Source of the DNA: Firmicutes bacterium UBA5389
Lineage (GTDB): Bacteria; Bacillota; DTU025
Direction of reading: 5' to 3'
Length of the DNA stretch: 64,000 nucleotides
Assembly: GCA_002409965.1 (NCBI GenBank)
Contig: DHON01000092.1
Span: 31,322-95,321 of the forward strand
The stretch's first letter is position 1. Each line of letters begins with the position of its first letter. This document shows, in pieces, positions 17,621 through 26,763 of the stretch. The position numbers were made by a program, and so were the translations under genes. The notes beneath the pieces were generated by a model, which did not search any database, was not told the DNA's origin, and saw only the letters and a program-made list of their open reading frames with translations.

Positions 17621-18694
17621 TCACTTCTCCTGACGCCTTGCGAGGGCTCTCGCGTAATTCCCCGCTGCTGCACACGTCAGGAAGAACTCCGGTTCCTCTT
17701 CGAACCCTCGGCCCATGGTGGAAAGCTCGATTCCCTGAGAGATCGCCCTTTCCACGCCCTCGCACCCCGTGGACGACACAAGCGTGTGCGTACCTCGGCA
17801 GATGGCATCAGCCAGCCGCGCGCGGGCCGAGCCTTGAAACCCCGGGTCCATGTCGGACGCCAGCACGCACGTTACAGAGGTGCAGCAGATATCGCGCAGT
17901 ACCGTCAAGGTGTGGTGGCTCACTACCTGATGTCTCAATCTGGGATCGGCCCGGGATAGACGCGGGACTATAATTGGCCGTCCTCCCATCCTGTTCACCG
18001 CATCCGCGATCCATCCTTGCTCCACGCCGGAGAACCCGTAGCGGGTGCCTGTTCCCACTATGCCTGGCCCCATTGCCACAACGGCGCAGTCACACCCGGC
18101 TACAGCTGTGGCTGCAACCAGTGCCGAGTGGACATTGACGGCCTCCATATCGCCGCCGAACGCGTGACCGGTTGTTATGGCGACATCGATGAGCCCCAAC
18201 TTCTTCAGCTGACGAACTGCCCGGCTCAGAGCAATCGGCAAGGCCGCCCCATCAGTCATGATATAGGCGGCCTTGCCTGCGAATCCACACAGAGTCGGCG
18301 CAAGCATGGAATGGAGCTCGCAGATGATCACGGGCATCCCGGCAAGGCCGGCGAAGGCGTCCACTGCCGCGTGACTTGCGGTGTCTTCCTCATAGCTCCC
18401 CGTGCATGCCTGCATCGGAGTGTATCTCATCTTCATGATGTGGCCGCGAGTTCGCCCACGGCGGCTGTCGCGACCGACCGCCCAGATCACGAAGTGGCGT
18501 CCGCCGCTTCCCAAATCCAGGTCGACGGCGGTGGTGTTCACGATCACCCAATCTCCAGGATACACAGGACCGGTCAGCGGCGGGTAGCATACAGCCGCGC
18601 ATTCCGCCCCGTCATCCACGGCCACCACCAACTCCTGAATACCAGGGGCTTCCAGTGTGACCCGCGCCACCCGTGCGACTCTCGCATTGATCAC
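17621..18694 (-). CDS. conserved hypothetical protein (DUF3866-like by recollection only)
   Basis: 357 aa, Gly-rich loops (GSGGRHFVIW, TTGHAFGGDMEAV, GPGIVGTGTRYGFSGVEQG). No motif I can assign. GTG start behind AGGAGGGGTG. Confidence 0.4.
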   Translation of the reverse strand: MINARVARVARVTLEAPGIQELVVAVDDGAECAAVCYPPLTGPVYPGDWVIVNTTAVDLDLGSGGRHFVIWAVGRDSRRGRTRGHIMKMRYTPMQACTGSYEEDTASHAAVDAFAGLAGMPVIICELHSMLAPTLCGFAGKAAYIMTDGAALPIALSRAVRQLKKLGLIDVAITTGHAFGGDMEAVNVHSALVAATAVAGCDCAVVAMGPGIVGTGTRYGFSGVEQGWIADAVNRMGGRPIIVPRLSRADPRLRHQVVSHHTLTVLRDICCTSVTCVLASDMDPGFQGSARARLADAICRGTHTLVSSTGCEGVERAISQGIELSTMGRGFEEEPEFFLTCAAAGNYARALARRQEK

Positions 18695-18772
18695 CGCTCC
18701 TCACCCCTCCTCCGAGTATTGTGCCCCGGAAGGAGCAGCGACAGCATGACCAATGTGGCGCAACGCGCGAAT

Positions 18773-19312
18773 CTATGCTTCTACCAGCTGCGCTCCTCGA
18801 TTGATGGCCTCGATGTTGAGCGGTATCAGGTTATGCCTTCGCGCAGGCAAGACCTCCTTCAGACATTCGGCGACCGATTCAGAGGCGACCACATGTGTGG
18901 CCGCCAGATACGCGCCGAGAACGCACATGTTGGCTACTCTATCCGACCCGAGTTCCCGGGCTATGTCGACGGCAGGGACCGCGATGACCCTAATGTCGCT
19001 TCGCTCGGGTTTTCGGTCGATGAGCGAGCTATTGTAGATGAGCAATCCGCCCGGCCTCAGCATCGGCTCGAACCGGTCCATCGACGGCCTGTTCATCACG
19101 ATGGCCGTCGTGGGCTCAGTGACAATGGGCGATCCTATCGGCTCAGCCGATATCACGACCGAGCAGTTGGCCGTGCCCCCTCGCATTTCGGGCCCGTAGG
19201 CAGGTATCCACGAGACGTTCTTGCCCTCATGCATGCCTGCGTAGGACAGGAGTTGTCCTATAACCATTACTCCCTGACCGCCAAACCCTGCGATGGTCAG
19301 TTCCTCAGCCAT
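18773..19312 (-). CDS. vorC: 2-oxoacid:ferredoxin oxidoreductase gamma subunit
   Basis: MAEELTIAGFGGQGV is the POR/KOR gamma signature. ATG overlaps the beta-subunit stop. Confidence 0.85.
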   Translation of the reverse strand: MAEELTIAGFGGQGVMVIGQLLSYAGMHEGKNVSWIPAYGPEMRGGTANCSVVISAEPIGSPIVTEPTTAIVMNRPSMDRFEPMLRPGGLLIYNSSLIDRKPERSDIRVIAVPAVDIARELGSDRVANMCVLGAYLAATHVVASESVAECLKEVLPARRHNLIPLNIEAINRGAQLVEA

Positions 19313-20060
19313 TGCTAGCGCCTCCTTCCGGAGTGCGGAACTCGCCCAATGGATAGTAGGGTATCATGTTCTCCTCGAGCCATGTCATGGCTTCAATGGG
19401 AGCCATGCCCCAGTTGGTCGGGCAAGTGGAAAGGCATTCCACAAGCGAAAACCCCGCCCCCGCCAGCTGCGTGTCGAAGGCTTTTCGTATGGCCCGTTTC
19501 GCCCGCGCGACGTGCGCCGGCGATGACAGGGCCACGCGCGCAACGTAGGCAGCTCCGGGGATCGTCGACAGCATCTCGGCAATGCGGATGGGACTTCCAG
19601 CGTGCTCCAGCTTACGGCCTGCAGGAGACGTGGTGGTCTTCTGACCCACGAGCGTTGTGGGGGCCATCTGCCCTCCGGTCATACCGTAGATTGCATTGTT
19701 TATGAATATGACAGTGATGCGCTCTCCCCTCATGGCAGCGTGGACGATTTCAGCCGCGCCGATGGAGGCTAGGTCGCCATCGCCCTGGTAGGCGAAGACT
19801 ACGGCGTCAGGCAGAGCGCGCCGTATGCCGGTGGCGACTGCGGGCGCCCTGCCGTGGGAGGCCTGTTGGAAGTCGCAGTCGAAGTAATCGTAGGCAAACA
19901 CCGCGCACCCGACCGGGGCTACGCCCACGGTGCGGTCGCGCACGCCGAGTTCGTCGATGGCCTCTGCTACCAATTTGTGGGCAATTCCATGAGTGCAACC
20001 CGGGCAGTAGTGCGTTGCCCGCGGTTGCAGCGCTTTGGGAACAGCGTATACTTGCTTCAT
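19305..20060 (-). CDS. vorB: 2-oxoacid:ferredoxin oxidoreductase beta subunit (TPP-binding)
   Basis: HYCPGCTHG cysteine motif and a TPP-binding GDG...N region. ATGA overlap with the alpha subunit. Confidence 0.9.
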   Translation of the reverse strand: MKQVYAVPKALQPRATHYCPGCTHGIAHKLVAEAIDELGVRDRTVGVAPVGCAVFAYDYFDCDFQQASHGRAPAVATGIRRALPDAVVFAYQGDGDLASIGAAEIVHAAMRGERITVIFINNAIYGMTGGQMAPTTLVGQKTTTSPAGRKLEHAGSPIRIAEMLSTIPGAAYVARVALSSPAHVARAKRAIRKAFDTQLAGAGFSLVECLSTCPTNWGMAPIEAMTWLEENMIPYYPLGEFRTPEGGASNG

Positions 20061-21127
20061 TTTCCCACCTCCGCCTTGGCGATCTTGCGCGCCTCTTCAA
20101 CTATCGCCGCCGCCGTGGGCACGATCCCGCCCGGAGTGCCGTAGAAATGCACGGGTGCAGCCCCCAACGCGCCTAGCTTGACGTCTTCGACCATCTGGCC
20201 CATGCTCATCTCCACTGCGAGGAATGCCCGGGCAGTGCGAGCCACATCGGCTATGACCTGGTATGGGAAGGGCGACACCGTAATCGGCCGCACCAAGCCA
20301 ACGCGGAGGCCCTCCGAGCGCGCTCTGTCCATCGCCGACCTGCACACTCTTGCGGAAGTTCCGTAAGCAACCAACACGATGTCGGCGTCTTCAGTGTTGA
20401 CAGTTTCGCATCTCACCTCGTCAACCTGCGCCTGTTTGAACTTGGCCTGCAGTTTGTGGTTGTGACGGAGGAGGTCGTCAGGCTTGATGTAGATGGAGTT
20501 GATCAGCCTGGTGGCCCTTCCATCGCGCGCCCCGTTGGTAGCCCAGTCGGGAGTCGGAAGATCGCGCGGCGCGGGATCGGGAAACACCACCGGCTCCATC
20601 ATCTGGCCCAAAACCCCATCTCCCAGCATCATGACGGGCATCCGGTACTTCTCGGCCACGTCGAAGGCATGCATTGTGAGGTCCACCATCTCCTGTACCG
20701 AGGCAGGCGCGAATACAATGCAGTGGTAGTCGCCGTGTCCGCCGCCTTTGACGGCCTGGAAGTAATCGCTCTGGGCGGGCTGAATTCCGCCGAGCCCGGG
20801 TCCTCCACGCACCATGTTTACGATGAGGCACGGAAGCTCGGCGCCGGCGATGTACGATATCCCTTCCTGCTTGAGGCTGATTCCCGGGCTCGAAGACGAA
20901 GTCATCACGCGGACTCCGGCGCCGGCGGCGCCGTATACCATGTTGATGGCTGCGACTTCGCTCTCGGCCTGCAAGAACACCCCGCCCACCTCAGGAAGCC
21001 TTCGCGACATGTACTCCGGGATCTCGTTCTGCGGCGTGATCGGATACCCGAAGAAGAAACGGCATCCGGCCCTGACAGCGGCCTCTGCAACGGCTTCGTT
21101 GCCCTTGAATAGTTTGCGTTCTGCCAT
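20057..21127 (-). CDS. vorA: 2-oxoacid:ferredoxin oxidoreductase alpha subunit
   Basis: MAERKLFKGNEAVAEAAVRAGCRFFFGYPITPQNEI is the canonical N-terminus of the alpha subunit. Confidence 0.9.
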   Translation of the reverse strand: MAERKLFKGNEAVAEAAVRAGCRFFFGYPITPQNEIPEYMSRRLPEVGGVFLQAESEVAAINMVYGAAGAGVRVMTSSSSPGISLKQEGISYIAGAELPCLIVNMVRGGPGLGGIQPAQSDYFQAVKGGGHGDYHCIVFAPASVQEMVDLTMHAFDVAEKYRMPVMMLGDGVLGQMMEPVVFPDPAPRDLPTPDWATNGARDGRATRLINSIYIKPDDLLRHNHKLQAKFKQAQVDEVRCETVNTEDADIVLVAYGTSARVCRSAMDRARSEGLRVGLVRPITVSPFPYQVIADVARTARAFLAVEMSMGQMVEDVKLGALGAAPVHFYGTPGGIVPTAAAIVEEARKIAKAEVGK

Positions 21128-21141
21128 GCGTACTGCCCTCC

Positions 21142-21348
21142 TCAGGGTTTAAATACTTCGATGACTGCATCTGGGCACATCCTGCCGCACGTCCCGCAGG
21201 AGATGCAATCGCCCTCGTTGGCGAGATAGGCTGGATGGTACCCCTTGGCGTTGATCCTATCGGCCATCTGGATCACCTTCTTGGGGCAGAAGTGCACGCA
21301 TACACCGCAACCTTTGCACTTTGCCTCATCAAAAACCACTTTGCTCAT
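21142..21348 (-). CDS. vorD: 2-oxoacid:ferredoxin oxidoreductase delta subunit (2x[4Fe-4S] ferredoxin)
   Basis: CKGCGVCVHFCP and CISCGTCGRMCP. ATG 21348 behind GGAGGAGG. The upstream 34 codons in the track are an extension. Confidence 0.8.
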   Translation of the reverse strand: MSKVVFDEAKCKGCGVCVHFCPKKVIQMADRINAKGYHPAYLANEGDCISCGTCGRMCPDAVIEVFKP

Positions 21349-21409
21349 GAATGACCGGCCGCCTCCTCCTACTGCGTTTTTCTGCATACGACTCGAGGGT
21401 GGCTTCACG

Positions 21410-22480
21410 TTACGATATTCTCTTGACTTGCTCGACGCCGGCCAATGCACGGAGGGCCGCTCTGGCCAAGGCCAGCATCTCCTCCTCGCCCGGGTACACC
21501 ATCACCCTGGCGATGAACTTGACCCGGGCAGTAATCCACTCCACCAGCATCTTGGAGTTCGCAGCGCCTCCAGTGACGACGATGGCATCGACTTCGCCCG
21601 ACATGGCGCACGCAACTCGGCCTATCTCCTTGGCCACCTGGTAAGCCATTCCCTCGTAGCACAGCTTGGCTTGGCTATCGCCTTCCGCGATGCGTTTCTC
21701 AACGTCCAGCAGCGAGTTGGTGCCCAGATAGGCTACTAGCCCACCCTGCCCGGTGATCTTCCTTCGCATTTCGCGTTCGGTGTAGTCGCCGCTGAAACAG
21801 AGCCTGATCACACCGGTGTTGGGCAGGGTCCCTGAGCGCTCGGGCGAATACGGGCCTTCCCCGTCGAGGGCATTGCTCACCTCCGCCACTCGGCCCTTCC
21901 GGTGCCCGCCCACGCTGATCCCGCCCCCGAGGTGTACAACAATGAGGTTACAGTCATGATACTCGCGCCCCAGCGCGCTTGCGGCTTGCCGAGCCACGGC
22001 TTTCTGGTTGAGCGCGTGAAAAACGCTCCTTCGCTCAATCTCGGGCAGGCCTGTGTAGCGGGCAACGTCGTCCAGCTCATCGGTGGTGACTGGATCCGCG
22101 ATATAAGCGGGGATTCTGGCGGCCCTGGCGATGTCGCGCGCTATGAGGCCGCCTAAGCTGGACGCATGGTTCCATCCATGCTCGTACAGCGCCTCGACTA
22201 TCGCATCGTCGACTTCGTAGACACCGCCTTCTACAGGAGGCAGAACCCCGCCGCGTCCTATTACCGCGGAGAGCTGATTCATGGCGAAACCGGCTCTGGC
22301 CAAAAACTCGACTACTGCCTCCTTCCTCATATCGAATTGGTCGAATATTCGTGAAAATGCCGCGATTGCTGCAGCATCGTGCCTCAGTGTCTCAGAGGCC
22401 GCAACCTGCTCGCCCTGGAAAACGGCGACTTTCGTGGACGTAGAGCCGGGATTGATCACAAGCAGCCTTGGGTCGCGCAC
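21410..22480 (-). CDS. buk: butyrate (branched-chain fatty acid) kinase
   Basis: RLLVINPGSTSTKVAVF and ASKHG-fold motifs. GTG start behind GGGGAGG. Confidence 0.9.
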   Translation of the reverse strand: MRDPRLLVINPGSTSTKVAVFQGEQVAASETLRHDAAAIAAFSRIFDQFDMRKEAVVEFLARAGFAMNQLSAVIGRGGVLPPVEGGVYEVDDAIVEALYEHGWNHASSLGGLIARDIARAARIPAYIADPVTTDELDDVARYTGLPEIERRSVFHALNQKAVARQAASALGREYHDCNLIVVHLGGGISVGGHRKGRVAEVSNALDGEGPYSPERSGTLPNTGVIRLCFSGDYTEREMRRKITGQGGLVAYLGTNSLLDVEKRIAEGDSQAKLCYEGMAYQVAKEIGRVACAMSGEVDAIVVTGGAANSKMLVEWITARVKFIARVMVYPGEEEMLALARAALRALAGVEQVKRIS

Positions 22481-22495
22481 ATGAGCCGCCTCCCC

Positions 22496-23395
22496 TCACT
22501 CCGATGTCACTATGGCGCAGGCCAGCGAGAGCAGCCTAGCTCTGGGAGAGTCTGATCTAGATGTAAGGACGATCGGCGCCCGGGCCCCTGCCACCAGTGC
22601 CGCGGCTTCGATGTCGCCGAAGTAAACCATGGTTTTGTAGATAGCGTTGCCTGCAGCGATGTCGGGCGCAAGAATGATATCAGCCTTGCCGGCTACGGGC
22701 CCTCCTACTCCTTTGTGCTTCGCGGACTCCGCCGACACCGCGTTATCGAGGCCAAGCGGACCATCGATGATGCACCCTTTGATCTGCCCCCTGTCGCCCA
22801 TCTTGGCCAAGGCCGCCGCTTCGATGGTCTCAGGCATCGCCGGGTTTACCACCTCGACCGCGGCTACGCACGCCACTTTGGGCGTCGCATTTCCCAGCTT
22901 GTGCGCCACACCAACCGCGTTGCCAATGATCTGCGCCTTTTCCTCCAACGTGGGAGCGACTACCATGGCTCCGTCAGTCAGGTAGAAGAACCTATCGTAC
23001 CGGGGAGACTTGAACACCGCCACATGGCTCAAGAGCTTGCCGGTGCGCAGGCCCACCTCCCGGTCGAGCACAGCCTTGAGGAACCCGGATGTGGGTATGA
23101 GACCCTTCATCAGTATGCCTGCCTTGCCCGAACTCACCAGGCTGACGGCGAGCCGCGCCGCGTTCGGAGCATCCGGCTCGTCCAGAATGTCCACTCTGGA
23201 GACATCAAGGCCCACATCGGAAGCCACATCCGCTATCCGACGGGCATCGCCCACCAGTGCGAAATCGCCCATTCCAACGTCGATCGCCATCTTGACTGCT
23301 TCGAGTACCTCGCGGTCTTGCGCCGCCGCTACGGCTACCCGCGCCGACTTGTGTCCCTTGGCGCACGCCACAACTTGATCGAAGGTTGTCAGCAT
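22496..23395 (-). CDS. ptb: phosphate butyryltransferase
   Basis: Pta/Ptb fold, ...AGILMKGLIPTS.... RBS AAGGAGGCG. Confidence 0.9.
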   Translation of the reverse strand: MLTTFDQVVACAKGHKSARVAVAAAQDREVLEAVKMAIDVGMGDFALVGDARRIADVASDVGLDVSRVDILDEPDAPNAARLAVSLVSSGKAGILMKGLIPTSGFLKAVLDREVGLRTGKLLSHVAVFKSPRYDRFFYLTDGAMVVAPTLEEKAQIIGNAVGVAHKLGNATPKVACVAAVEVVNPAMPETIEAAALAKMGDRGQIKGCIIDGPLGLDNAVSAESAKHKGVGGPVAGKADIILAPDIAAGNAIYKTMVYFGDIEAAALVAGARAPIVLTSRSDSPRARLLSLACAIVTSE

Positions 23396-23436
23396 CGTAT
23401 TCGCCTCCTTGGATGTGAGTAGTACAACCTCATGTG

Positions 23437-24552
23437 CTACTGCATCGGTCGAGCGCCGTATTGGCCCGCCTGTTCCTGGCCTTCGAGTACCAGCATGGCG
23501 CTGACGGCCAGGGCCTCCATCTCATTCTCTCCGGGAAACACCATGATCGGCGCGATGAACTCGCAGCGGCGAGTCACATCGTCAACGAGTCGTCTCCAGG
23601 CGGCCAGCCCGCCGGTGAGCGCAACGGCGTCGACCTCTCCTGAAAGCACCGTGGCCATTGCTCCAATTTCTTTGGCGATCTGATACGCCATGGCCTGCGC
23701 GACCTCGAGAGCGTGCGCGTCGCCCTCCTGGATCATCCTCTCGACGTCTTGAGCATCGGTGGTACCTAAGTGGCCGCAAAGCCCCGCTTTGCGTGTAATC
23801 TTGCTGATCAGCTCGGCCTGCGTATACCGGCCGGAGTAGCAGAGCGACACCAGATCCGCCATGGGCAAGCTGCCGGCGCGTTCCGGCGAGAAAGGCCCTT
23901 CATCGTCGGCACCGTTCGCGTCAACCATCAATCCGGCCTTGACGGGGCATATCGATATTCCGCTGCCCAGATGAGCCACGATCACGTTGACATCGCCCAG
24001 AGCGCGTCCGAGCTCGCTCGCGGCTTTGCGGGCAGTGCTTCGGATCGACAGCGCATGCAACCGCGACTGGCGCGGCGCCTCCGGAAGGCCCGAAAGTCTG
24101 GCAAGGGGTTCGAACTCGTCGACAGTGATGGGGTCTGCGAAATACGATGGGATTCCCAGAGGCTGGGCGATGGCGTAGGCTATGGGAGGGGACAGGTTCG
24201 CGGCGTGCTCAGTGGCTGGTCTGCAGCGCAAGTCGTCGAGCATATCCTGGCTGATCATATACGTTCCGCCGCGCATTGCGCTGGGTGCGCCGCCCCGGGA
24301 TACTACTGCGTCGAGTGTTCGCGGGTCGCAATTGCCGGCCTCGAGGCTGGCCAGGACGGCCTTTCGCCTGTACTCCAGCTGATCCCAGATCCCTGCGAAG
24401 TCGGCGAGCTCGTTAACGGGATGTCGAATGCTTTCGGAGTAGACCGGCTCGCGGCCCTGGAAGATGGCGATTTTGGTGGAGGTGGAGCCTGTGTTGACGA
24501 CAAGTACCTTACGCTCGGGTTGCTTAGTGCCTAACGCTCTCACAGAACACAA
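23437..24552 (-). CDS. buk2: butyrate kinase paralog
   Basis: KVLVVNTGSTSTKIAIF...EGPFSPERAGSLP is paralogous to 21410..22480. TTG/GTG start. The N-terminus is uncertain by about 3 codons. Confidence 0.85.
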   Translation of the reverse strand: MCSVRALGTKQPERKVLVVNTGSTSTKIAIFQGREPVYSESIRHPVNELADFAGIWDQLEYRRKAVLASLEAGNCDPRTLDAVVSRGGAPSAMRGGTYMISQDMLDDLRCRPATEHAANLSPPIAYAIAQPLGIPSYFADPITVDEFEPLARLSGLPEAPRQSRLHALSIRSTARKAASELGRALGDVNVIVAHLGSGISICPVKAGLMVDANGADDEGPFSPERAGSLPMADLVSLCYSGRYTQAELISKITRKAGLCGHLGTTDAQDVERMIQEGDAHALEVAQAMAYQIAKEIGAMATVLSGEVDAVALTGGLAAWRRLVDDVTRRCEFIAPIMVFPGENEMEALAVSAMLVLEGQEQAGQYGARPMQ

Positions 24553-24571
24553 CCGCCTTCCCGTATGGTTA

Positions 24572-24582
24572 AGCTATGCACA
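24572..24582 (-). promoter_or_regulatory. TG-extended -10-like element upstream of buk2-ptb-buk-vor operon
   Basis: Minus strand: TATGcAATAAT. Same TATGCwATAmT pattern as the rpsB and S2P promoters. About 28 nt upstream of the buk2 start. Confidence 0.3.
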
Positions 24583-24663
24583 TTATTGCATATTCGACTT
24601 TAAAACGCTAATCCCTCCTGGAATCGCATGTCCCTTCCGCGCCCCAGCACCATCCTTGACGAG

Positions 24664-24700
24664 CGTAGATGGCTCGTGAGCGGGGTACGAGCCATCTACG
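24664..24700 (-). repeat. perfect 14-bp inverted repeat (9-nt loop) downstream of panB at the low-GC island boundary
   Basis: CGTAGATGGCTCGT gagcggggt ACGAGCCATCTACG. No U-tract on either strand. A second weaker hairpin GCACACA-N8-TGTGTGC lies at 24734..24755. Confidence 0.6.
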
Positions 24701-24789
24701 GAAGCTTGCGCACCGGCACCTTGAAGGTTCTACGCACACAGGGATTCGTGTGTGCAACCCAATACCTCCACTTGTCATGACAGCGTGAG

Positions 24790-25653
24790 CTACTTGGTCT
24801 TCTCGAAATGCTCCAGAATCTCGCGCTCTGCGTCCTCACTCACATGGTAGCTGTAGTTCTCGTCTGGGAACACTCCAGTCTTTACCTCTGTGTCGTATTG
24901 GGCAAGAGCATCGACTACATCTTTGCCCATCTGAGCATACTGCTTGACGAACTTAGGCACGAAACGATCGAACAGGCCCAAGAGGTCGTGCATTACCAGA
25001 ACCTGAGCGTCGCAATAGGGGCCGGCCCCTATTCCCATGGTCGGAATGGTGAGCCGTTCGGTGATCACCCGAGCCACCGGGTTCGGCATGGCTTCAAGCA
25101 CCACACAGAAGGCTCCTGCTTCCTGGAGAGCCAGAGCGTCGTCAAGTAGCTTCTGGGCCGCGGAGAAGTCCTTTCCTTGAACCTTGAAGCCGCCCAACTG
25201 CGAGCTGCTCTGAGGGGTCAAGCCTATGTGTCCCATAACTGGAATGCCGGCCTTGACAATGGCGGCTACCGTATCCGCCACCCTTACGCCGCCCTCCAGT
25301 TTCACGCAATCCACTTCAGCTTCCTTCATGAGCCTGCCGGCGTTCTCTATGGCCTTCTCGCGGCTCACCTCGTAAGACATGAAAGGCATGTCTCCCACGA
25401 TAAACGTGTTGGGCGCCCCCTTGACCACCGCTCTGGAGAACAGGATCTGCGTGTCCAAATCGATGGGAACAGTGCTCTTGTGTCCCAGCATCACCATTGC
25501 CGCCGAATCGCCGACCAGGATCATCTCGATGTCGGTCTTGTCCACCTGCGTAGCCTGGGCATAATCATAGGCAGTAACCATTGTGAACTTTTTGCCGTCT
25601 CGTTTCATCTTCAGGAACTGCGGGATTGAAGTCTTCTTCTTCGTTTCTGCCAT
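24790..25653 (-). CDS. panB: 3-methyl-2-oxobutanoate hydroxymethyltransferase
   Basis: KMKRDGKKFTMVTAYDY...ILVGDSAAMVMLGH is the PanB signature. Lower GC than the flanks. Confidence 0.9.
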   Translation of the reverse strand: MAETKKKTSIPQFLKMKRDGKKFTMVTAYDYAQATQVDKTDIEMILVGDSAAMVMLGHKSTVPIDLDTQILFSRAVVKGAPNTFIVGDMPFMSYEVSREKAIENAGRLMKEAEVDCVKLEGGVRVADTVAAIVKAGIPVMGHIGLTPQSSSQLGGFKVQGKDFSAAQKLLDDALALQEAGAFCVVLEAMPNPVARVITERLTIPTMGIGAGPYCDAQVLVMHDLLGLFDRFVPKFVKQYAQMGKDVVDALAQYDTEVKTGVFPDENYSYHVSEDAEREILEHFEKTK

Positions 25654-25666
25654 CTCTGTTACCCCC

Positions 25667-26605
25667 CTAGATCTGCTTCGCGTAGTTCTGCTCTATGGCT
25701 CTTATCATCTCGCTCACGATGCGGTTGGTCGGGGTCGGCGCCTTAAGCCTTTCTCCTTCTCGGACAATGGCGCCGTTGATGGAGTCTATTTCCGTCCTTC
25801 TCTTCCTCAGAACATCCTGCAACATGGAGTTGATATTGCCGCTGGTCTTCTCGCAGACCGTAGCCACTTCGTCAACCATGTGTGGATGCGTGAGCGTTAC
25901 CCCTTTTTTCTCGGCTACTGTCAGGGCCTCCTCGACTAGCTCTCTCTGCAGCGCCAGACTGTGCTTTCCCTGAGTGAGCTCGCCGTTTCTGACCCTAAGC
26001 AACGTTCCCAACGCGTTGATGCCTACATTGACCATCAACTTGCTCCAGATCAGACCCAGCACATTATCAGAAGCATCAGTCTCGATGCGAGCTCGGGTAA
26101 GGACCTGGGCAAGCTCGCAAGTTCGATCAGTGATCAGTCCGCTCAACTCGCCGACTACAGTGGGACCCGCGCCGGCGTGGCATACTCTGCCCGGTCCCAA
26201 CACATTGGCTCCATGGGAAGTAGTACCTGCTACCACGCGCTCTTCACCAAAGATGGAGCTGAGCGTCTCGAAGTTCCCCAAGCCATTCTGTAGGGTCAGG
26301 ATAGTGGTGTTCTTTCCCACCAACGACGACATGCCCCTCGCCGCGGTCTCAGTGTGGTAGGATTTCACAAAGAAGATGATCAAGTCCGATATGCCAGGAA
26401 TCTCCTCCGGCTCAGTTGCCGCCCTGACTTCGATGAACCGATCACCGCTGAGACCTTCTATCCACAAGCCCTTGTCGTTGATGGTCTCCACATGTTCCTT
26501 CCAGACGTCTACTAGATGCACGTCGCAACCCGACTCAGCGAGCAAGCCGCCAAACAACGACCCCATCGCGCCCGCTCCGACAATATCGATTCTCATTGCG
26601 CTCAT
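25667..26605 (-). CDS. panE: 2-dehydropantoate 2-reductase
   Basis: MRIDIVGAGAMGSLFGG Rossmann motif and C-terminal KTSGNINSMLQDVLRKRRTEIDSINGAIV (ApbA_C). Start ATG 26605 or 26596. The track extension to 26701 contains an intercistronic hairpin. Confidence 0.8.
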   Translation of the reverse strand: MSAMRIDIVGAGAMGSLFGGLLAESGCDVHLVDVWKEHVETINDKGLWIEGLSGDRFIEVRAATEPEEIPGISDLIIFFVKSYHTETAARGMSSLVGKNTTILTLQNGLGNFETLSSIFGEERVVAGTTSHGANVLGPGRVCHAGAGPTVVGELSGLITDRTCELAQVLTRARIETDASDNVLGLIWSKLMVNVGINALGTLLRVRNGELTQGKHSLALQRELVEEALTVAEKKGVTLTHPHMVDEVATVCEKTSGNINSMLQDVLRKRRTEIDSINGAIVREGERLKAPTPTNRIVSEMIRAIEQNYAKQI

Positions 26606-26629
26606 TCTCTCTGTGTTGATTTCGGCAGA

Positions 26630-26675
26630 CACCGCAGCCGGGGAGCCTGCAATGTGCTCTCTGCCGGCTGCGGTG
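26630..26675 (-). repeat. intercistronic inverted repeat (12-bp GC-rich stem, 22-nt loop) between C45 gene and panE
   Basis: CACCGCAGCCGG ... CCGGCTGCGGTG, perfect. No U-tract. Confidence 0.6.
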
Positions 26676-26763
26676 CTTGCAGCAAGTCCACGGTCAGACA
26701 AAGCAGACCTGTCAGTTCAAATGTGCAAGAACGCTGCGGATCACGGTAGTTAGTGCAGCACGA

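Noticed and set aside
18017-19318. 433-aa plus-strand ORF. The other long plus-strand ORFs are likewise antisense to minus-strand genes, e.g. 844..1770, 33031..34224, 46447..47706, 40528..41262, 61925..63262.
   Set aside because: Each lies entirely antisense to a confidently identified minus-strand gene. The translations are low-complexity, Arg/Ala/Pro-rich and typical of GC-rich antisense frames. No RBS is present.
24553-24789. Searched for a sigma54 -24/-12 promoter (TGGCAC-N5-TTGCW), as used by the Bacillus bkd operon, upstream of buk2.
   Set aside because: The closest match (GGTGCC...GCAAGC) has the wrong GG-to-GC spacing. A sigmaA-like TG-extended -10 is present instead.
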